DNA of 64,000 nucleotides from an uncultured Candidatus Rokubacteria bacterium (GTDB taxonomy: Bacteria > Methylomirabilota > Methylomirabilia > Rokubacteriales > CSP1-6): contig CAVXJS010000021.1 of assembly GCA_963762145.1 (NCBI GenBank), positions 736,001 through 800,000 of the forward strand, read 5' to 3'. Position 1 is the stretch's first letter, and each line of letters starts with the position of its first letter. The position numbers and the translations under genes were made by a program. The notes beneath the pieces were generated by a model. It saw nothing but the letters and a program-made list of their open reading frames with translations. It had not been told where the DNA came from and ran no database searches. Shown in pieces: positions 17,935 to 27,121 of the stretch.

Positions 17935-18006
17935 ATTACGACATTTCCGCGCGCGTGGCCTGCCGACCGCGAGCGGCGGAAATGTCGTAATTCAAGACCT
18001 GACCCC
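17920..18006. repeat. Palindromic REP/MITE-like element, copy 1
   Basis: 31-bp perfect arms GGGGTCAGGTCTTGAATTACGACATTTCCGC and its reverse complement, 25-bp spacer; homologous to 54250-54333. Confidence 0.92.
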
Positions 18007-19136
18007 TACTTGATCTCCGCGTCGTGCTCGCCGATGCGCGGGGGGGCGCGGCGGATCGGGGGACGCTGGCCGTCGAAGGACAGCGGCAGGGCGACGACGT
18101 CGTAGTCGTCGCCGGGGAGGCGCTGGATGATGCCGATGGCCTCGGCCTGCGGCTGCGCGACCGCCTCGGGCAGGCTGTGAATGGGGCCGCAGGGCACGCC
18201 ACCGGCTTCCAGCACATCGATCCACTCGCCCTTGGTCCGGGTGAGGAAGATCGCGTCGAGCTCGGCGAGCAGCGCGGCCTTGTTGTCGACCCGCGCGGCG
18301 TTGCTGACGAAGCGCGGATCCTTCGCCCACTCCGGATGCCCGACCACGGCGGCGAGCTTGGCGAAGAGACGGTCATTGCCCGCGGCCACGATCATGGTGC
18401 CGGTCTTGGTCTCGAAGCCCTGGAACGGCACCACGCGCTTGCTGCCCGTGCGGTGGCGCTCGGGCACCTCGCCGGAGGCGCGGTAGCTCGCGAAGTGGCC
18501 CTTCAGCCACGCGAGGCCCGTCTCGAAGAGCGAGGCGTCGACCACGCAGCCGCGCCCGGTCTGCTGACGCTGCACCAGGCCGGCGAGGGCGCCCATCGCG
18601 GTCCACATGCCGGTGCCGTAGTCGAGGATGGAGGTGCCGATCCGGGTGGGCGGCCCGCCCTCGTCGCCGTTCATCATCATCAGACCCGAGAAGGCCTGCA
18701 CCATCGGCTCGAACCCGGGCTTGAGCTTGAGGGGCCCCGAGCGCCCGAAGGCCCAGACCGAGCAGTAGACGAGACGCGGGTGCCGCGCGAGCACCACGTC
18801 CGACCCGAGCCCCAGCTCCTCGAGCGAGCCCGGCCGCAGGTTCTGGACCAGCACGTCGGCGGTCCCGAGGAAGTCGAGCAGCCACGCGACCGCCTTCGGG
18901 TCCTTGAGATCGAGGCTGATCCCGCGCTTGTTGGCGTTGACCGCGAGGAACCCGGGCGAGACGCCCTTCCAGAAGGGCGGCCCCCACTTCCGCGCGTCGT
19001 CGCCCTCCGGCCGCTCCACCTTGATGACGTCCGCGCCCATGTGGGCCAGGATCTCGGCCGCCATCGGCCCGGCCAGGTTCTGCGCGACCTCGACGACGCG
19101 AATGCCCTCGAGCGGGAGCATCGGCGCGGCGCTCAC
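18006..19136 (-). CDS. CaiB/BaiF family III CoA-transferase
   Basis: LEGIRVVE, GADVIKVE, NANKRGISLDLK, DYGTG; GTGA overlap. Confidence 0.92.
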   Translation of the reverse strand: MSAAPMLPLEGIRVVEVAQNLAGPMAAEILAHMGADVIKVERPEGDDARKWGPPFWKGVSPGFLAVNANKRGISLDLKDPKAVAWLLDFLGTADVLVQNLRPGSLEELGLGSDVVLARHPRLVYCSVWAFGRSGPLKLKPGFEPMVQAFSGLMMMNGDEGGPPTRIGTSILDYGTGMWTAMGALAGLVQRQQTGRGCVVDASLFETGLAWLKGHFASYRASGEVPERHRTGSKRVVPFQGFETKTGTMIVAAGNDRLFAKLAAVVGHPEWAKDPRFVSNAARVDNKAALLAELDAIFLTRTKGEWIDVLEAGGVPCGPIHSLPEAVAQPQAEAIGIIQRLPGDDYDVVALPLSFDGQRPPIRRAPPRIGEHDAEIK

Positions 19137-20027
19137 GCCTTCGCCGCCGCGATCGCGTCCAGCATGACCGGCTCGAAGCGGTGGCCGTCCCCGTCGCGCA
19201 CGACGCGGCCGGGATGCGGGAAGTGGGCGGGCAGCACCAGGTCGCCCGAGGCAGCGTGGCGCTCCACGAAGGCCTTGCGGGTCTTCGCCGCCTGCTTGGC
19301 GTCGTAGCAGAAGATGCTGCTCCACTGCGGCTCCGCCACCTGCACCACGCGGTGCATGAGATCGCCGGAGAAGACCGCGTCGCCCGCGCTCGTGTGCACG
19401 CGCACCGCCACGTGCTCGGGGGTGTGGCCCACCCACGGCTCGTAGGAGAGCCACGGGTCGATGCGGTACGTGCTGTCCACCATCGTCGCCTGCCCCGCCT
19501 CCACCACCGGCACCACGCTGTCCGCGATGCAGCCGGACTTCTCGCGTCCGGCCTCGTACTCGTGCTTCCAGAACTCCCACTCGCTCGCCCGGGAAGACGT
19601 ACCTGGCCTTCGGGAACGTGGGCACCCACCGCCCGTCCACCAGTCGCGTGTTCCAGCCCACGTGGTCCACGTGCAGGTGCGTGCACAGCACCAGGTCCAC
19701 CTGCTCGGGAGTGACGCCGGCCGCGCGGAGATCGTCGAGGTAGCCGCCCCGCCGCTTGTTCCACAGATCGGTCTCGTGCCGGATCTTGTCGTTGCCCACC
19801 CCGGTGTCTATCAGTACCGTGTGACGTGGAGTTCGCACGATCCAGGTCTGGATGCGCGAGCCCATGTCCCCGGTCACGTCGTCGAAGAAGTGCGGCTTGA
19901 TCCAGCGGTGGTGCTGGACGATCCGCCCCGCGTCGGACTCCGGGAGCATCTGGGTGGTGGGAAAGGCCGAGCGGCCGATCTCGACGATTCGCGAGATCGA
20001 CACCTCACCGAGCGTGAGCGTGTGCAT
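19133..20027 (-). CDS. MBL-fold metallo-hydrolase (one frameshift near 19585)
   Basis: THLHVDHVGWN, GHTPEH, GDLMH, PAHF split over two frames. Confidence 0.85.
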
Positions 20028-20036
20028 GATCCTCTC

Positions 20037-21107
20037 CTAGCGTGACGTCATGTGCGGCCAGAGCGCTTCGCCGCCCCGGGCCGCGACCGCGCGCCCGAGT
20101 GCCACCGACCAGTGGTTCTCCGCGCCGAACTCGGCCCGCCACGACCAGAGCCGCCGCGTGACGAAGTGCAGCGAGTGCTCGTAGGTGAAGCCGATGGCGC
20201 CGTGCGCCTGGTGCGCGATGCCCGCGCCCAGGCTCGCCGCCTCGCCGGTGCGCACCTTGGCCACCGCGATCTCGAACGACGCGTCGCCACCCTCGCCGGT
20301 GCGCTCCACGATGTGGAACGCCTGCTGCGCCGCCATGCCCGCCGCGGCGGTGTGCCCGGCCAGGAGGGCCAGGTTCTGCTGGATGGCCTGGAACGCGGCG
20401 AGCGGCCGGCCGAACTGCTTGCGCTCGGTCACGTACTTCACCGACTGGGCGAGCAGGAACTCGAGCCCGCCCGCCATCTGCGCCGCGCGCACCAGCGCGC
20501 CGCCCGCCCACACCGGCTGCGTCCCGAGCCGGCCGCGCAGCGGCGCCGCGGCCACGACCGGCGCGGCGGACCAGGTGAGCGTGTCGCGCGGCTCACGCGC
20601 GAGGCTCGCGTCGGCCTCGGTCTTGGCGCTCCCGCCGGCCACCAGCGCGATCATCGGCGCGCCGCCCGCGTCGGCCACCACCACCACGTGCTCGGCGCGC
20701 GCGCCCCAGGGCACCCGGGTCGCGCGGCCGCTCAGGGCGAACCCGCTGCCCTGCCGGGCCAGGGTGAGGCCTTCATCTATATGCACCGGGGCCACGGTCA
20801 TGGGCCCGAGCGGCGCGTCCAGGCCCGCCTCCGCCAGGATCGAGCCGGCCAGGATGGTCTCGGCCAGCGGCACCGGCGCCGCGAAGCGGCCGGCCGCCAT
20901 CAGCACCACGAAGGCGTCGTTCCAGGAGCCGCCCGCGCCGCCGCGGGCCTCGGGCACCTGCGGCAGCGTGAGGCCGTTCTCCTCCAGCGCCTGCCAGAGC
21001 GCGGCGGGCCACTCGCCCTTCTCCGCGCCCTCCAGCACCGCGGTGGTGGCGTGATCGGTGAAGAGGCGCGTGCACGTCTCGGCGAGGATCGTCTGCAGCT
21101 CGTTCAT
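20037..21107 (-). CDS. Acyl-CoA dehydrogenase family protein (beta-subunit-like)
   Basis: RKQFGRPLAAFQAIQ, HQAHGAIGFTYEH; degenerate N-terminal FAD motif. Confidence 0.88.
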   Translation of the reverse strand: MNELQTILAETCTRLFTDHATTAVLEGAEKGEWPAALWQALEENGLTLPQVPEARGGAGGSWNDAFVVLMAAGRFAAPVPLAETILAGSILAEAGLDAPLGPMTVAPVHIDEGLTLARQGSGFALSGRATRVPWGARAEHVVVVADAGGAPMIALVAGGSAKTEADASLAREPRDTLTWSAAPVVAAAPLRGRLGTQPVWAGGALVRAAQMAGGLEFLLAQSVKYVTERKQFGRPLAAFQAIQQNLALLAGHTAAAGMAAQQAFHIVERTGEGGDASFEIAVAKVRTGEAASLGAGIAHQAHGAIGFTYEHSLHFVTRRLWSWRAEFGAENHWSVALGRAVAARGGEALWPHMTSR

Positions 21108-21117
21108 GATCGGGCTC

Positions 21118-22266
21118 CTACCGTAGTCCCAGACCGCGGGCGATGATTCCCCGCAGGACTTCGCGCGTCCCGCCCCGCAGCGAGAACGACGGCGCGTGCT
21201 GCACCAGGTAGCCGAGCGTCTTCTCGAACTCGGTGCCGCTGCCGATGCGCGGCTCGGCGCCGGTCAGCGCGTGCACCGCCTCCGGGATCTCCTGCTCGAA
21301 GGTGGTGCCGATGTCCTTCATCACCGCGGCCTCCAGGTTCGGGTTCAGCCCGGCCTGGAGCATGGTGGCGATCGAGAGCGACATCTGGCGCAGGGTCACC
21401 AGGTGCGCGGTGAAGTGGCCGATCAGCGCGGCGGCCCGCTCGGGCGGCTCCTTCCCCGCCTCGCGGATCAGCTCGATCACGAGCTGGAGCGAGGAGAGGT
21501 AGCGCTCGGGGCCGCTCCGCTCGAAGCCGAGCTCGGTGGTCACCTGCTTCCAGCCCTCGCCGTCCTTGCCGACCAGCATGTCGTCGGGCACCAGGCAGTC
21601 CTGGAAGTGCACCTCGTTGAAGTGGTGGCCGCCGGCCAGGTCGATGATCGGGCGGATCGAGATGCCGGGCGACTTGAGATCCACCAGGAACTGGGAGAGG
21701 CCCTCGTGCTTCTTGTCCGGCACCACCTTGGTGCGGAAGAGCGCGATCGCGTAGTCGGAGAGGTGCGCGTTGCTCGTCCAGATCTTGGTGCCGTTGACCT
21801 TGTAGCCGCCCGCGACCTTCTCGGCGCGCGTGCGCACGGAGGCCAGGTCCGAGCCCGAGTCCGGCTCGCTCATCCCGATGGCGAAGGCCAGCTCGCCGCG
21901 CGCGATCCTCGGCAGGAAGCGCTGACGCTGCTCCTCGGTGCCGAAGCGGAGCAGCAACGGGCCGCTCTGGCGGTCGGCCACCCAGTGCGCGCTCACCGGC
22001 GCGCCCGCGGCCAGGGTCTCCTCGAGCACCACGTAGCGCTCCAGCGCGGTGCGCTCGTGGCCGCCGTACTTCTTGGGCCACGTCATGCCGATCCAGCCGC
22101 GCTCGCCCATGCGGCGCGAGAAATCGCGATTGAACCCGCCCCAGGAGCGCGCGCGCTCCGCGGGCCGGTACTGGGCCATCTCGGTCTTGAGGAAGGTGCG
22201 GACCTCGTCGCGCAGCGCCTCTGCCTCGGGTGGGAGCGTCGAGAGCTCGAAGTTGAATGTCGCCAT
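21118..22266 (-). CDS. Acyl-CoA dehydrogenase family protein (alpha-subunit-like)
   Basis: GMSEPDSGSDLAS, NGTKIWTS, FNEVHF, SLRGGTREV. Confidence 0.92.
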   Translation of the reverse strand: MATFNFELSTLPPEAEALRDEVRTFLKTEMAQYRPAERARSWGGFNRDFSRRMGERGWIGMTWPKKYGGHERTALERYVVLEETLAAGAPVSAHWVADRQSGPLLLRFGTEEQRQRFLPRIARGELAFAIGMSEPDSGSDLASVRTRAEKVAGGYKVNGTKIWTSNAHLSDYAIALFRTKVVPDKKHEGLSQFLVDLKSPGISIRPIIDLAGGHHFNEVHFQDCLVPDDMLVGKDGEGWKQVTTELGFERSGPERYLSSLQLVIELIREAGKEPPERAAALIGHFTAHLVTLRQMSLSIATMLQAGLNPNLEAAVMKDIGTTFEQEIPEAVHALTGAEPRIGSGTEFEKTLGYLVQHAPSFSLRGGTREVLRGIIARGLGLR

Positions 22267-22280
22267 GATGTGCTCCTGAT

Positions 22281-23444
22281 TTATCTGAACAGTGAGCGGG
22301 CGATGACCATGCGATGGACCTCGGAGGGCCCCTCGCCGATGCGGCGCACCCGGGCCTCGCGATACCAGCGCTCCAGCGGGAACTCCTTCGACACGCCGTA
22401 GCCGCCGTGGATCTGCACCGCCGCGTCGATCACGCGGCCCAGCACCTCGCTCGAGTAGAGCTTGGCGATGGAGGCCTCGACCCGCGCGTCCTCCCCGCGA
22501 TCGGCCTTCCACGCGCCTTCCCAGATGAGCCACCGGCACGCGCGCAGCTCCACCTCCGCGTCGGCCAGCATCCACTGGATCGCCTGGCGCTGGCTGAGCG
22601 GCGCCCCGAACGTCGAGCGCTGCTTGGCGTGGGCCACCGCCATGCGGTGTGCCGCGGTGGCGACCCCGAGGTTGCAGGCCGAGTATGGGAAGCGGTTCTT
22701 GACCAGCAGATCGAACGCCAGATCGAGGCCCTGCCCTTCCTGGCCGATCAGGTTCTCGGCGGGGATCTCGCAGTCCTCGAAGCTCACGTCGTTGGGAATC
22801 GCCGAGGTGCGGATCACCCGGATCGGCTTGGCGGTGAAACCGGGCGTGCCGTGCTCCAGGATGAAGCACGAGATGCCGCCGCGGCCCTTCCCCTTGTCGG
22901 TGCGGGCGAAGACGATGCCCCACGGCGCGTCGTGCGCGCGGGAGATGAAGACCTTCCGGCCGTTCAGCACCCACTTGTCGCCGCGGCGCTCCGCGCGGGT
23001 CTGGATCGCCCCGGCCGGATCGGAACCCCCGGACGGCTCGGTGATCGCAAAGAAGGTCTCGTTGCCGTCGCGCAGCGTCGGCACTGCGTACTTCTCGATC
23101 TGCGCCTTGGTGCCGGCCCAGATCGCGGGCGGCGGGTAGCGACCGAAGACGCCGCAGCCCGGGTTGTAGAGGCCCATGCGGTGCTGCGACATCGCCTCCA
23201 GCGCCACGCACATGCTGAACGTATCGAGCCCGCCGCCGCCGTACTGCTCGGGAGCGGCCAGCGTCCACAGGCCGGCGGCCTTGGTCTTCTCGGCGAGGCG
23301 TACGTAGTCCGCGCGCGGAATCTCGGGTGCGTCCGGATCGATGGTCTGCTCGAGCGGGATGATCTCGTCCTGCACGAAGCGCCGGATCTGCTCGCCGAGC
23401 AGGCGCAGCTCCTCCGGAAGGGTGAAGCCGGGGAACACCGTCAT
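22281..23444 (-). CDS. Acyl-CoA dehydrogenase
   Basis: FAITEPSGGSD, NGRKVFIS, QIHGGYG, RIGEGPSEV. Confidence 0.93.
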   Translation of the reverse strand: MTVFPGFTLPEELRLLGEQIRRFVQDEIIPLEQTIDPDAPEIPRADYVRLAEKTKAAGLWTLAAPEQYGGGGLDTFSMCVALEAMSQHRMGLYNPGCGVFGRYPPPAIWAGTKAQIEKYAVPTLRDGNETFFAITEPSGGSDPAGAIQTRAERRGDKWVLNGRKVFISRAHDAPWGIVFARTDKGKGRGGISCFILEHGTPGFTAKPIRVIRTSAIPNDVSFEDCEIPAENLIGQEGQGLDLAFDLLVKNRFPYSACNLGVATAAHRMAVAHAKQRSTFGAPLSQRQAIQWMLADAEVELRACRWLIWEGAWKADRGEDARVEASIAKLYSSEVLGRVIDAAVQIHGGYGVSKEFPLERWYREARVRRIGEGPSEVHRMVIARSLFR

Positions 23445-23566
23445 GGTGGTAGTGGCTCCCTGGAGACCGTGATGTGGGGGGATCATACCACCGCGCGGAA
23501 AACCGGGTACACTCGGGGGCGGCCCGGCGGGCCGGCAGGACGATACCCGGAGGAGAGAGCTCGAAC

Positions 23567-24601
23567 ATGCGGAAGCGCTGGTCCCTGTCGGTGCCGATGG
23601 ACGGCTTCGCCCTGCCCGAGCTGACCGAGGTGGCCCGCGAGGCCGAGCGGCTCGGCTACACCGACGCCTGGTCCTTCGAGGTGGACGGCGTGGACGCGTT
23701 CACGCCGCTGACCGTCATCGGGCTCGCGACGCGGATGCGGATCGGCACCGCGATCGCGAACGTCTACACGCGCGGGCCCGCCACGCTCGCCTCCACCGCG
23801 GCCGGGCTGGCCGACGTCGCGCCCGGGCGCTTCGTGCTCGGCATCGGCGCGGGCTCGCAGCCCATCGTGGAGTCGTGGAACGGCGGCAAGTTCAGTCGGC
23901 CCGCCACGCGCGTGCGCGAGACGGCCAAGTTCCTGCGCGCGGCCCTCGCGGGCGAGCGCGTGGTGTTCAAGGGCGAGACCTTCGCGGTGGACGGCTTTCG
24001 TCTCACGAAGGTGCCAAAGGAGCCGGTGCCGATCCACGTCGCGGCGCTTCGCGAAGGGATGCTACGAGTCGCGGGCCAGGTGGGCGACGGCGTGATCCTC
24101 AACTGGCTGTCGCCCGACGACGTGCCGCGCTCCGTCTCCGTGGTGCGCGACGCCGCGAAGCAGGCCGGCCGCGATCCCCTGGCCATCGAGGTCACCGCGC
24201 GGCTCTTCGTCAACCTCGATCCGCCCGGGCCGGAGTCGGAGCTGGTGGTGCGCCGCCACATCGCCGGGTACCTGAACGTCCCGGTCTACCGCGCATTCCA
24301 GGAGTGGCTTGGCCGCACCGAGGCGCTCGGGCCCATGTGGGCCGCGTGGGGCGCGGGCGACCGCAAGGGCGCGGTGGCCGCCATCCCCACCCGGGTGATG
24401 GACGATCTGATCCCGACCGGGACCCTGGCCGAGCTCAAGGCCCGCATCCAGCTCTACCTGGACCGCGGCATCGACACCGCGTTCCTCTCGTTCATGACGA
24501 CCGAGCAGGATCCCACCAAGAAGCGCGACCTCATGCTGAGCGCATTGCGCGCGATGGCTCCCTCAAGAGAGACGCTTACGGAGGCAACCCATGGCGGATG
24601 A
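23567..24601 (+). CDS. LLM-class (probably F420-dependent) oxidoreductase
   Basis: EAERLGYTDAW, GTAIANVYTRGP, GRFVLGIG; GGAGG SD. Confidence 0.88.
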   Translation: MRKRWSLSVPMDGFALPELTEVAREAERLGYTDAWSFEVDGVDAFTPLTVIGLATRMRIGTAIANVYTRGPATLASTAAGLADVAPGRFVLGIGAGSQPIVESWNGGKFSRPATRVRETAKFLRAALAGERVVFKGETFAVDGFRLTKVPKEPVPIHVAALREGMLRVAGQVGDGVILNWLSPDDVPRSVSVVRDAAKQAGRDPLAIEVTARLFVNLDPPGPESELVVRRHIAGYLNVPVYRAFQEWLGRTEALGPMWAAWGAGDRKGAVAAIPTRVMDDLIPTGTLAELKARIQLYLDRGIDTAFLSFMTTEQDPTKKRDLMLSALRAMAPSRETLTEATHGG

Positions 24602-25361
24602 GATCCTGCTCTCGGTGGACTCGGGCATCGCGACGGTCACGATGAACCGTCCGGACCAGCGCAACGCGATGAACATCCCGCTGCTCCAGGCCCTGCGCGC
24701 GACCTTCGACGACCTGGACGGGCGCCGCGACGTGCGCGTGGTGGTGGTGCGGGGCGCCGGCCCCGCCTTCTGCTCGGGCATGGACCTGAAGGAGATGGAG
24801 CAGCGCCGCGGCGAGGCCGATCCGGAAGGCAACGTCGTCCAGATCCTGCAACGCGTGGAGCGCTCGAAGCATCCCACGATCGCCGCGGTGCACGGCGACG
24901 CGATCGCGGGCGGCTGCGAGCTGGCCCTGCACTGCGACCTGCGGGTGGCCGCGGAGCCCGCGCGGCTCGGCATGCCGCTGGCCCGCATCGGGCTCGTGAT
25001 CCCCTTCCCGCTCGGCCAGAAGCTGGTGGAGATCATCGGCCCCGCCCACACACGCCAGCTCCTGTTCACCGGCCAGCCGATCGACGCGCGGCGCGCCTAC
25101 GAGATCGGCATGGTGCACCAGGTGGTGCCCGCGGACGACCTCTCGGCGGCGGTGCAGACGCTCGCCCGCCGCATCGCGGACAACGCGCCGCTCTCGCTGG
25201 CCGGGATCAAGGCGAGCATCCTGCGCGCGACCTCGGCGCGGGAGCAGATCGCCCACGACGACCTGAACGCGGCGGCCACGAAGGCGCGCTCCAGCGCGGA
25301 CGCGCAGGAAGGGCGCCGCGCGATGCTGGAGAAGCGGAGGCCGGTCTTCCGGGGGGAGTAG
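24591..25361 (+). CDS. Enoyl-CoA hydratase/isomerase family protein
   Basis: NRPDQRNA, FCSGMDL, AGGCELALHCD. Confidence 0.92.
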   Translation: MADEILLSVDSGIATVTMNRPDQRNAMNIPLLQALRATFDDLDGRRDVRVVVVRGAGPAFCSGMDLKEMEQRRGEADPEGNVVQILQRVERSKHPTIAAVHGDAIAGGCELALHCDLRVAAEPARLGMPLARIGLVIPFPLGQKLVEIIGPAHTRQLLFTGQPIDARRAYEIGMVHQVVPADDLSAAVQTLARRIADNAPLSLAGIKASILRATSAREQIAHDDLNAAATKARSSADAQEGRRAMLEKRRPVFRGE

Positions 25362-25365
25362 CCGG

Positions 25366-25995
25366 TCAGCGCGGCGGCGCGCCGCCCATCAGCGCCGCCA
25401 CCGCCCGCGCCAGCGGATCGTCCGCGGCGCCGAGCGCCTCGCGGGTTCGCGCCTGGTCCACCGCGTCACGGTTCTGGCTGAGCTTGGCCTTGCCCTCGAG
25501 CCGCTCGATGGGGATCTCGAAGGCCACGATGCCCCGCTGCATGCCGGCCAGGTAGTCCGCGGGCAGGCCCTCGAAGGACCACGCGGTCGGCCCGCCGCCC
25601 TCGTAGGTTCGCACCAGATCGGCGAGCAGCGTCTTCACCTGCTCGGGGTCCTCGACCAGCGCGCCGGTGCCGGTGGCGTGCACCGCCACGTAGTTCCAGG
25701 TGGGCACGCTCGGATGCGTCGCGTACCACGACGGCGAGACGTAGGCGTGCGCGCCCGAGAAGATCACGAGGGTCGGCCGGCCGGCGGCCAGGTAGCGCCA
25801 GTGCGGGTTGGCGCGGGCCACGTGACCGCGCAGGGTGCCGAGCGTCCCGCGCGCGGGATCCACCAGGATCGGCAGGTGGGTGGCGAAGGGCGCGCCCGCG
25901 TCGTCGGCGGTGATCATGGCCGCGAAGCTCTGCACCCGCATCAGCGTGTGGCACCACGCGGGATCGGTGATCTGGAACTGCGTGGGGATGTACAC
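25366..25995 (-). CDS. PaiB-family FMN-binding protein
   Basis: MYIP, GHVARANP, YVSPSWY, VPTWNY, KLSQNR. Confidence 0.92.
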   Translation of the reverse strand: MYIPTQFQITDPAWCHTLMRVQSFAAMITADDAGAPFATHLPILVDPARGTLGTLRGHVARANPHWRYLAAGRPTLVIFSGAHAYVSPSWYATHPSVPTWNYVAVHATGTGALVEDPEQVKTLLADLVRTYEGGGPTAWSFEGLPADYLAGMQRGIVAFEIPIERLEGKAKLSQNRDAVDQARTREALGAADDPLARAVAALMGGAPPR

Positions 25996-25997
25996 GC

Positions 25998-26909
25998 TCA
26001 GGGCACCCGCAGCCGGCCCTCGATCACGGGCACCACGCTGCCGCCGACCAGGATCTCGCTCACGCGCCCGGCCGTCATCCCGACACGGATCCGGATGAAG
26101 CTCGGCCGGCCCATGCGCGTGCCCTGCTCGCTCACGATGTCCACGGTGGCGGCCGGGGTCACCAGTCCGCGCTCGACCAGATAGGCCCCGAGCGGCCCGC
26201 TCGCCGATCCGGTCGCCGGATCCTCCGGGATGCCCGACGTGTGCGGAGCGAACATGCGCGAATAAACGCGCCCGGCCTTCGGATCAGGATCGGGAGCGAA
26301 CACGAACACTCCGACGTTCGGCCCTTCCCCCTGCACGGCCAGCAGCGCGGGCACGTCGAGCCGCGCCCGGTCCACGGTCTCGCGATCCCGCAGCGGGACA
26401 TAGAGGAAGGCGTTGCCGGTGGAGCCGGTGCAGATGGGCGCCCCCGCGAGCAGATCCGACTCGGCCAGGCCCAGGGCCCGCGCGAAGCCCTCGCGATTCG
26501 TCAGCGCCGGTCCGAATCGCGCCTCGCCGTGCCGCATCCAGAGAAAGCTGGGGCGCGCGGGGTCACCCTCGAGGGTCACCTCCACCGGGCCGATGCCTTC
26601 CTCCAGGTTGAAGCGGTGGGTGTTCGGGGGCAGGAGCTCCTCGGTGGCCAGCACCCACGCGGTCCCGATGGTCGGATGGCCCGCGAACGGGATCTCGCGC
26701 GCCGGGGTGAAGATCCGCACCCGCGCCTCGCAGTCCGGCCGCGTCGGGGGCAGCAGGAACGTGGTCTCCGAGCAGTTCATCTCGCGCGCGATGGCCTGCA
26801 TCTCCGCGTCGGAGAGCCCGGCCGCCTCGAACACGACCGCGAGCGGGTTCCCACCGAAGACACGCTCGGTGAACACGTCCACCTGGACGAACAGGAGCTC
26901 GAGCGACAC
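25998..26909 (-). CDS. PhzF-family isomerase/epimerase
   Basis: QVDVFT...GGNPLAV, SETTF, FAGHPT, EDPATGSA. Confidence 0.93.
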   Translation of the reverse strand: MSLELLFVQVDVFTERVFGGNPLAVVFEAAGLSDAEMQAIAREMNCSETTFLLPPTRPDCEARVRIFTPAREIPFAGHPTIGTAWVLATEELLPPNTHRFNLEEGIGPVEVTLEGDPARPSFLWMRHGEARFGPALTNREGFARALGLAESDLLAGAPICTGSTGNAFLYVPLRDRETVDRARLDVPALLAVQGEGPNVGVFVFAPDPDPKAGRVYSRMFAPHTSGIPEDPATGSASGPLGAYLVERGLVTPAATVDIVSEQGTRMGRPSFIRIRVGMTAGRVSEILVGGSVVPVIEGRLRVP

Positions 26910-26917
26910 GGGCGTCC

Positions 26918-27121
26918 CTAGCCGACGCGGCGGCGGCCCTTGCGCACGACGTAGCTCAGGTGCTCGCGCTGCAGCTCGAGCTCCGTGATGCGCAGGAGCC
27001 ACTCTTCCCGCACCATGGCCATGCCGTCCCCGCCCAGCCGGTTCACTTCCTTGAGCGTCTGCCGGAACGTGACCAGCGTCTCCTCGAGCGTCCGGAGCTC
27101 GTCTTCCGCGTTCATGATCAT
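26918..27121 (-). CDS. 67-aa hypothetical coiled-coil protein
   Basis: MIMNAEDELRTLEETL...; ATGA overlap with upstream gene; fills the gap exactly. Confidence 0.65.
   Translation of the reverse strand: MIMNAEDELRTLEETLVTFRQTLKEVNRLGGDGMAMVREEWLLRITELELQREHLSYVVRKGRRRVG

Noticed and set aside
17920-18006. Palindromic repeats as a CRISPR array or attC site
   Set aside because: Arms are inverted and isolated, with no direct repeat-spacer array, cas genes, integrase or GTTRRRY cores.
18006-20027. Apparent MBL hydrolase-CoA-transferase fusion (673-aa ORF); likewise the 30186-31760 and 45960-47897 chimeras
   Set aside because: Produced by frameshifts joining neighbouring genes; each downstream gene has its own start codon.
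25366-26909. PhzF homolog as a phenazine biosynthesis cluster
   Set aside because: No phzA/B/D/E/G nearby; orphan PhzF-family genes are common.
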